In this document: positions 58,133 to 64,000 of the stretch, piece after piece
Position numbering within the stretch: position 1 is the first letter of the stretch
Layout of the letters: the number at the start of each line of letters is the position of its first letter
Source: Nitrososphaeria archaeon
Lineage (GTDB): Archaea > Thermoproteota > Nitrososphaeria > Geothermarchaeales > JDFR-13
Length of the DNA: 64,000 bases
NCBI GenBank assembly: GCA_027078545.1
Contig: JALWXN010000004.1
Coordinates: forward strand, 800,001 to 864,000
Reading direction: 5' to 3'
Made by a program: the position numbers and the translations under genes
Notes under the pieces: generated by a model
Database searches by the model: none
The model's input: only the letters and a program-made list of their open reading frames with translations
What the model was told of the DNA's origin: nothing

Positions 58133-59899
58133 CTACCTAGAGTATAGTGGGATCGGCGGCTTCCTAGCGAGGTAGATAGCTAGGCATACTAGGAACACGG
58201 CCACGCTCACCAGTATAGTGGCTGCACCGGCATTAACGTTGAAGTAGTAGCTCAGGTAGTACCCAACGAGACCACTGAAGACACCTATCGAGACGCTCAG
58301 CCCGATATACTGCCTAGGCCTCCTACTAACCAGGTATGCCGCAGATGGCGGGACGATGAGGGCGGCTATAGCGGGTATAGCCCCTATCGACATGAAGGCA
58401 GACACCGTGGATATAGCCAGGAGTAGGAGGAGGGCGTAGTGTATAAGGCCTATCCTCACTCCCATGGAGATCGCGGATACAGGGTCTATCGAGTATAGCA
58501 GGAGATGCCTATGGAAGAGTAGGAGTAGGACGCCTATCCCCAGGGCTGATAATACCGCCCTAGTCATCATCTCGCTGGAGACAGCCGTCACATCGGCGAA
58601 GAGCACGTCCTCAAGGGATATGTTGACACCTCCCATCGTAGAGATTATCAGTGTTGCTATGGCGAGCATAGAGGTGAAGGAGATAGCTATTATCACGTCA
58701 GCCCTAAGCGTGGTCACCCTCTCCAGCGTACCCACCGTAAACGCTATGAAGAGCCCTATTAGGAGGGCCCCCAGGTAGAAGTCCGTTGCGAGTAGATATG
58801 CCATGAGCAGCCCTACTATAGCCCCATGCCCAAGGGCATCACTAAATATGGACCAGCCCCTAAGAACGGCATATGCACCCACGGCCGACGTCATAGCCAT
58901 AAGGATTATGAGTGTAAGGAAGCCCCTCCTCAGGAAGTCATAGGCAAGAGGCTTTAACAGTGGGTTGTCAATACTAGCCACCTCTATAGCTACCTCCCCA
59001 GGCCCCTCTATGAGGGCTTCTCTAATCACCTCGGTATTCCACCTTATCATCTCGATATAGCTATAGACCCCGTAGTCGGGAGCTAGGCTCTCGAGGACGA
59101 TGAAGCCATACGTCTCAAGGCCGGCCTCCTCCGCCAGTGTCTCAACAACCTCCCTGAGGGTAGTGCCCATCTCCTCATACTCGATAATTATTACAACCTC
59201 GCCGCTCAGAACCACGTCTTCGAACTGCTCCACAACCCATGCCGTGGCCGGTTCATATACACCAGCCGTCCCGGTTATATACCCCGAAACCTCCAATCCA
59301 TATCTCTCTGCATAGTACATCAGGCCATTCCTAACAGTGAATATCGATCTAGTGGATAGCCCAGGGTCGGAGAGCACGTCTATAACCCATGCGTCGAGAC
59401 TCTCCAACTCATCGAGATACCTATCCGCATTCTCCATGTAGATATCTCCATACTGTGGAGCCAACTCGGAGAAGAGGCTGGCAAGCTCCTCCACAAGCCG
59501 CATAGCGAGGCTTACATCGTGCCAGAAATAGGGGTTCTCATAGACCCTGGGCTCATACCTGGCCACTAGGTCTAGGATACTAACCACCCCCTCGCCATCC
59601 CTGAGGCCAGCCACGTTACTCGCGATAGCCAGTTCGGAGCCATAGCCCACGTATAGGAATAGATCCGCTAGGTAGGCCTTCTCAGAGTCGGAGGGGGTGA
59701 ACTCATAGGTCGAGGCATGCCTCCCCGGGCGTAGGAGGCTCTCGGCATAGCCATACTCACCCAGTATGTTCCCGGCAATATCAGAGATGAAGGGGTAGGT
59801 AGTCACGATATATAGGCCCTCAGGCCTAGTCTGGACAGGGTCGCCAACGGCTAGGAGGGCTATGAATATTGCAATAACCACATATATCCATCTCCCCAT
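58133..59899 (-). CDS. fused Mn/Zn ABC substrate-binding protein + permease
   Basis: N-half has TroA/ZnuA-type motifs (VTTYP, YEFTPSD, ADLF); C-half is ABC-3 permease (DALGH, LFAD, IVPP). Confidence 0.88.
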   Translation of the reverse strand: MGRWIYVVIAIFIALLAVGDPVQTRPEGLYIVTTYPFISDIAGNILGEYGYAESLLRPGRHASTYEFTPSDSEKAYLADLFLYVGYGSELAIASNVAGLRDGEGVVSILDLVARYEPRVYENPYFWHDVSLAMRLVEELASLFSELAPQYGDIYMENADRYLDELESLDAWVIDVLSDPGLSTRSIFTVRNGLMYYAERYGLEVSGYITGTAGVYEPATAWVVEQFEDVVLSGEVVIIIEYEEMGTTLREVVETLAEEAGLETYGFIVLESLAPDYGVYSYIEMIRWNTEVIREALIEGPGEVAIEVASIDNPLLKPLAYDFLRRGFLTLIILMAMTSAVGAYAVLRGWSIFSDALGHGAIVGLLMAYLLATDFYLGALLIGLFIAFTVGTLERVTTLRADVIIAISFTSMLAIATLIISTMGGVNISLEDVLFADVTAVSSEMMTRAVLSALGIGVLLLLFHRHLLLYSIDPVSAISMGVRIGLIHYALLLLLAISTVSAFMSIGAIPAIAALIVPPSAAYLVSRRPRQYIGLSVSIGVFSGLVGYYLSYYFNVNAGAATILVSVAVFLVCLAIYLARKPPIPLYSR

Positions 59900-59906
59900 G
59901 GATCAC

Positions 59907-60629
59907 TCACCTATAGGCCTCCTCCAACACCTCCCTACGTAGGACCTCGCCCGGCGGCCCTATCCTCACGATTCCATGCCTGAAGAGGATCACCCTATCG
60001 ATCTCCTCCCCATCAGATATGTGGTGCTCCGTCAGGATGACGAGCTTTCCACGCCCCTTCTCCTCCTCGAGAACCCTCATGATCCTCTCCTCTGAGGGGA
60101 AGTCGATCGACTCGAAGGGCTCGTCGAGGATATAGATAGTTGGGTCCTGGGCCAATGCACGGGCTATCATTGCACGTGCTAGCTGCCCACCAGAGACCTC
60201 GGAGAGCCTATAGTCACGCCTATCCCAGAGGCCGACCCTCCTAAGGGCCTCCTCAACCATCCTATGATCCTCCTCCCCAGGCCTGGCTAGGAGGGGTAGC
60301 CTTGGATACCTACCCATCATGACGAAGTCGTAGAGTGTGATCGGCGCATATATGTTAACCTCGTCGAGCTGGGGGACATAGCCTATCTCCCTCCTGACAC
60401 CCGGATCCCTAACCGGGTCACGGCCTAGCACAGAGACCATGCCCGAGACGGGCTTGACGAGGCCTAGTATAGTCTTCACAAGGGTGGTCTTCCCACCACC
60501 GTTCGGCCCAGCTATTAGGACGATCTCGCCGGGATACAGCTCTAGATCCAGGCCCTCAAACACAGGGCCATTCCTATCGCTATACTTGACAGTCACGTCT
60601 CTAAGCACTATGTATGGCTCCCGGGTCAT
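59907..60629 (-). CDS. metal ABC transporter ATP-binding protein
   Basis: GPNGGGKTT, IGYVPQ, SGGQ, LDEP. Confidence 0.93.
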   Translation of the reverse strand: MTREPYIVLRDVTVKYSDRNGPVFEGLDLELYPGEIVLIAGPNGGGKTTLVKTILGLVKPVSGMVSVLGRDPVRDPGVRREIGYVPQLDEVNIYAPITLYDFVMMGRYPRLPLLARPGEEDHRMVEEALRRVGLWDRRDYRLSEVSGGQLARAMIARALAQDPTIYILDEPFESIDFPSEERIMRVLEEEKGRGKLVILTEHHISDGEEIDRVILFRHGIVRIGPPGEVLRREVLEEAYR

Positions 60630-60648
60630 CCCAATATAGAGTCTAGTG

Positions 60649-60685
60649 TTTTAGGCTTATTTAAACTTTTTTACCTAGGCTAAAA
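60649..60685. promoter_or_regulatory. putative DtxR/MntR boxes
   Basis: two imperfect TTAGG-N4-CCTAA-like sites over the TATA region of the metal ABC operon, next to the MntR-family gene. Confidence 0.5.
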
Positions 60686-60691
60686 ACAACA

Positions 60692-61123
60692 TCAATCCCT
60701 AGACTCCATACACTTCTTGAGGAATCTATACAGCTTCTCAATAGTCTCGTCGGATAGGAAGTGCTCGGCCAGCTCCGCCTCTATATTCGCACGCTCCTCA
60801 TCAACCCCCAGCGCCAGGAACAGTTCCAGGAGCATCCCATGCCTCCTCGAGATCCTGCTGGCCAGCTCCTCACCCCTCCTCGTAAGCTTAGGATTCCTGT
60901 AGCGTCTATATTCAACCAGGCCCTTCTCCTCCAGCCTCTTCAACATGTTCGTGACGGATGCAGGGGTTACCCCTAGTATCCTGGCTATATCGGTTGGCTG
61001 GGCATATCCATGGCTCTTCTCAAGCTCATAGATAACCTCTATATAGTCCTCCTCAGCCATCGAGGCGAACCTCTTCTTCCTCCTATGAGCCTCCGCGAGG
61101 AGCTCCAGCCTATCCCTAGCCAA
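60692..61123 (-). CDS. DtxR/MntR family metal-dependent regulator
   Basis: EDYIEVIY, PASVTNML, RRHGMLLELF, AELAEH. Confidence 0.92.
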   Translation of the reverse strand: MARDRLELLAEAHRRKKRFASMAEEDYIEVIYELEKSHGYAQPTDIARILGVTPASVTNMLKRLEEKGLVEYRRYRNPKLTRRGEELASRISRRHGMLLELFLALGVDEERANIEAELAEHFLSDETIEKLYRFLKKCMESRD

Positions 61124-61217
61124 CCCGGGACACCACCAAAATATTCCAGGGCCTATCCCTATATCACATTCTATAGTCTTGGCTAGAGCTTATTCCTTCT
61201 AGGCCTGGACGTGGGTA

Positions 61218-61703
61218 GTGGGTGAGATGTGTATATTCAGGCGGGCCTTGGAGAGGCGTGTAGAGACGGGGCTGGCCGGGCATAGGGTGGCTGTGGAGCC
61301 CCTGGGGAGGGGTAGGTTCAGGGAGGAGTGGAATTATAGGGTCTATGTAGATGGTAGGCTGTTCTGCCACGCCAAGTATTTCATGGGTAGGGGAGTATAT
61401 AGGCCCTGGATAGAGCTGTACAGCTTCACAGATGAGTGGCTGAGGCATAGGGATGATGAGGAGTTTCTAGCCAGCCTCTTCAGAATGGTTGGTGAATGCC
61501 TGGGGATTGGCGAGTCACTATTCATAGAATATGTCCACGACCCATTATTGACTAGGGAGATGGAGAAGGCCCATGATCCTGGGGATACGTATCTGGGGAG
61601 GATCCTTAGGAGGGCAGGGTTCGACAGGTTGAAGGACTGGTATATCCCCGAGGGTATGTGGGAGGGTGGCCAGAAGATAGAGGCTTGGAGGAGCAGTAGG
61701 TAG
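61218..61703 (+). CDS. DUF1122 family protein
   Basis: YFMGRGVYRPWIE, LFIEY..D, KDWYIPEG..EGGQK. Confidence 0.85.
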   Translation: MGEMCIFRRALERRVETGLAGHRVAVEPLGRGRFREEWNYRVYVDGRLFCHAKYFMGRGVYRPWIELYSFTDEWLRHRDDEEFLASLFRMVGECLGIGESLFIEYVHDPLLTREMEKAHDPGDTYLGRILRRAGFDRLKDWYIPEGMWEGGQKIEAWRSSR

Positions 61704-61720
61704 AGGGGAAAAAGGAGGGG
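61704..61720 (-). terminator. oligo-T terminator after sod
   Basis: CCCCTCCTTTTTCCCCT on the minus strand. Confidence 0.4.
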
Positions 61721-61732
61721 TTGTTAGTAAGG

Positions 61733-62344
61733 TTAGGGCGGGTTGACAGGCTCCTTCTTCTCCAGCCTCTTCTCAACCTCGTCCCAGTTGATCACCTTCC
61801 AGAAGTTCTCGACGTACTCAGCCCTCCTATTCTCGTACTGGAGGTAGTAGCTATGCTCCCAGAGGTCTGAGACGAGGATCGGGACGAGGCTGGCCGGGTG
61901 GTTCAGGTTATGCTTCTCCACCTGTAGGATGTAGAGGTTGTCCTCCGGGTCGACGTAGAGGATTGCCCAGCCAACGCCCTCGAGGGTGTTGCTAGCCGTG
62001 GTGAAGACCTTCTTGAAGTTCTCGAAGCTCCCGAACTGCTTGTCGATCAGGTCGCCTATCCTCCCGCCGGGCTTATTGTCATCGCTGGGTGGCGCCAGGT
62101 TTGGCCAGAACAGGGTATGGAGTATATGCCCGTTTAGATGGAAGCTTAGATCCCTCATCACAGCCCTGACATCGATCTCGAGCTCGCCCTTGGCATACTT
62201 ATCCAGCTTCTCAAGGGCGGCGTTAGCCCCCTTGACGTATGCAGCGTGGTGCTTGTCGTGGTGCAGCTCCATGATCCTCTTACTGATGACCGGCTCCAAG
62301 GCGTCGTAGGAATATGGTAGTGGGGGTAGGTTGAACCTCTTCAT
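61733..62344 (-). CDS. sod: Fe/Mn superoxide dismutase
   Basis: HHDKHH, NGHILH, GVGW, DLWEHSYY. Confidence 0.97.
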   Translation of the reverse strand: MKRFNLPPLPYSYDALEPVISKRIMELHHDKHHAAYVKGANAALEKLDKYAKGELEIDVRAVMRDLSFHLNGHILHTLFWPNLAPPSDDNKPGGRIGDLIDKQFGSFENFKKVFTTASNTLEGVGWAILYVDPEDNLYILQVEKHNLNHPASLVPILVSDLWEHSYYLQYENRRAEYVENFWKVINWDEVEKRLEKKEPVNPP

Positions 62345-62392
62345 GTTAATTGATTTAACTCCCCCCGGATATTTAACGCCTAGATATATATA

Positions 62393-62761
62393 CTACCCGT
62401 TATCCCTATACCTGTCGAAACGCTCCCTATTCAGGCTCAGCTTCTTCCTGAACCACTCCTCGAGATCCATCTCCAATAGGTTGGCGGTTATAACGGTGTA
62501 GATGAATATGTCGATAAGCTCCTCCCTCAGCTGGTCCAGCCTCTCCCTCTCCTCCAGACCCAGGTGCATATACTCCCTCCTCATCTTCTTCACGATATTG
62601 GCGAACTCTCCCACCTCACCTGCGAGTGCGACTACCAGGTACTCCAGCCTGTCTAGGAAGTCTTCGTAACCCTCGATCCTCCAGAACTCTGGGAAGTATT
62701 CTAGGTCGAACTCCTTCTGAATCTTCTGTAGCTCCCTAAGCTCCATCCCACTATCCACCAT
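62393..62761 (-). CDS. MazG-like nucleotide pyrophosphohydrolase
   Basis: LAGEVGEFAN, EELID. Confidence 0.88.
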   Translation of the reverse strand: MVDSGMELRELQKIQKEFDLEYFPEFWRIEGYEDFLDRLEYLVVALAGEVGEFANIVKKMRREYMHLGLEERERLDQLREELIDIFIYTVITANLLEMDLEEWFRKKLSLNRERFDRYRDNG

Positions 62762-62826
62762 TTAAGGTGGTCTCCCTAGATGGTTAAAAGCCTGTCCCAC
62801 CGCCTGATGATCAATGCATGACTATG

Positions 62827-62844
62827 TGTCGAGAATCCTCGACA
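62827..62844. promoter_or_regulatory. palindromic operator TGTCGAG-N4-CTCGACA
   Basis: 21/22 nt identical to 49006-49027; lies between divergent genes; half-site at 62881. Confidence 0.6.
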
Positions 62845-62907
62845 GGCCTATCCAGCCCACTAAACATATGTATTATTAAGTGTCGAGCCACCATAACACT
62901 GGGTGTA

Positions 62908-64000
62908 ATGAGTGGCGTAGCCGATCTCATGAAGAGGCTTGAGGAGCTTGTACGGCTTCCATTCTACGCGTTGATGGGTATAGCCGGTGATAAGCTGGTC
63001 TACATGACTACTGAGCAGGGCGTCGTACGGCTATGGGTATCCAACAAGGATGGGAGTGATAAGAGGCCTGCATCTGGTGAGAGGGTGACCGCACTCTCAA
63101 GGCCGGAGCCAGACTCCAACATCATCGTATATGCCAGGGACGTTACGAAGGGTCAGGAGCTGGGCCAGATCTACACCCTAGACTTGGATAGCCTCGCCGA
63201 GGAGAAGGCTCTAGAGATGACCCCAACAAGGGTCATAGGGCTCGTCAGGCGTGGGGAGAAGATAGTCTATTCAGGGGCTGCCGAGGACGGTGTGGGGATA
63301 TTCATGGGCGAGATAGGTGGGAAGGCTGAGAAGCTATATACCCATCAGGGCCTCCTCTTCGTGACTGACTATACGGGGAGATACATAGTAGGCACGGGCA
63401 TGTTCAGAGGCCCGAGGAGCTACGAGCTCTTCAGATACGACGTCGAGACGGGTGAGATAAAGGTATTCACGCCTAAGGAGGGTAGTGTAAACTTCTCTGG
63501 CAGGGCTAGGGATGGTAGGCTCTTCTTCAAGTCCGACTATAAGGGGAGCGACTGGATATACACCGTCAACGTGGAGGACTTCAGCATAGACTCTGTAGAG
63601 CCCTTCGAGAAGCCTGAGAAGGAGATTCTCGATGTAGAGCCCCTCAACTGGACCTATGACGGCGAGGTAGCATACCTAGTCTCGACTAGGGACGGCTTCG
63701 AGGCCTATCTAGGGACGGAGAAGCTACCAATAGAGGGGGGAACAGTCACTGGACTGGAGAAGGTTAGGGGTGAGATATTCCTGACATACTCGAGCTTCAA
63801 CACCCCATCAGGGATATATAAGCTGGTGGATGGGAGGCTCGAGAGGATACACGGCTCAGACCCCGACCCGGAGATAATTGGACGCCTTAGGAATGTCAGG
63901 TATGTATGGATAAAGAGCAAGGATGGTCTGGAGATACCCACCTACATCCTGGAGAGCGACGCCCCGAAGCCTGGGCCAACAGTCATCTATGTACATGGAG
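62908..64000 (+). CDS. S9 family peptidase (acylaminoacyl peptidase-like), truncated by the window end
   Basis: absent from the ORF track (no stop in window); starts MSGVADLMKRLEEL and ends ...KSKDGLEIPTYILE...PTVIYVHG. Confidence 0.85.
   Translation, partial: MSGVADLMKRLEELVRLPFYALMGIAGDKLVYMTTEQGVVRLWVSNKDGSDKRPASGERVTALSRPEPDSNIIVYARDVTKGQELGQIYTLDLDSLAEEKALEMTPTRVIGLVRRGEKIVYSGAAEDGVGIFMGEIGGKAEKLYTHQGLLFVTDYTGRYIVGTGMFRGPRSYELFRYDVETGEIKVFTPKEGSVNFSGRARDGRLFFKSDYKGSDWIYTVNVEDFSIDSVEPFEKPEKEILDVEPLNWTYDGEVAYLVSTRDGFEAYLGTEKLPIEGGTVTGLEKVRGEIFLTYSSFNTPSGIYKLVDGRLERIHGSDPDPEIIGRLRNVRYVWIKSKDGLEIPTYILESDAPKPGPTVIYVHG

Noticed and set aside
62805-62865. CTGATGA as the C box of an sRNA
   Set aside because: No CTGA D box at a suitable distance; the region is better explained by the palindromic operator
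1-64000. tRNA, rRNA, CRISPR array, integrase or transposase
   Set aside because: None recognised by eye; tRNAscan-SE and cmscan would be needed to exclude them formally

Overview
Gene-dense 64 kb of archaeal chromosome. The archaeal call rests on prefoldin alpha, a class III signal peptide, an archaeosortase domain, TATA/BRE promoters and a C/D-box sRNA. The AGG/ATA codon bias and charged proteins suggest a thermophile, probably TACK/Thermoproteota (inference). Most of the window is heterotrophic metabolism and transport: acs, a B12-dependent acyl-CoA mutase with MeaB, a proline/sarcosine-type dehydrogenase, HMG-CoA reductase, peptidases, sugar, metal and export ABC systems, ZIP and FTR1 transporters, SOD, a MoxR operon and a VapBC module. 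I saw no rRNA, tRNA, CRISPR array or transposase. Points worth a second look: (1) a three-gene DUF2589-like operon with an amphipathic beta-hairpin; (2) an unannotated C/D-box guide sRNA that appears to target 23S C2498; (3) a mutase with isobutyryl-CoA-mutase active-site residues; (4) a membrane-anchored wHTH regulator with one motif at the same spacing before both flanking surface-protein genes; (5) two palindromic operators each shared by distant loci; (6) a large GT-C-like/archaeosortase fusion; (7) a fused metal SBP-permease lacking the canonical His ligands; (8) tandem beta-helix surface proteins; (9) a divergent ArgH/ADI/M20 operon. All family calls come from motif recognition by eye; no database searches were run.
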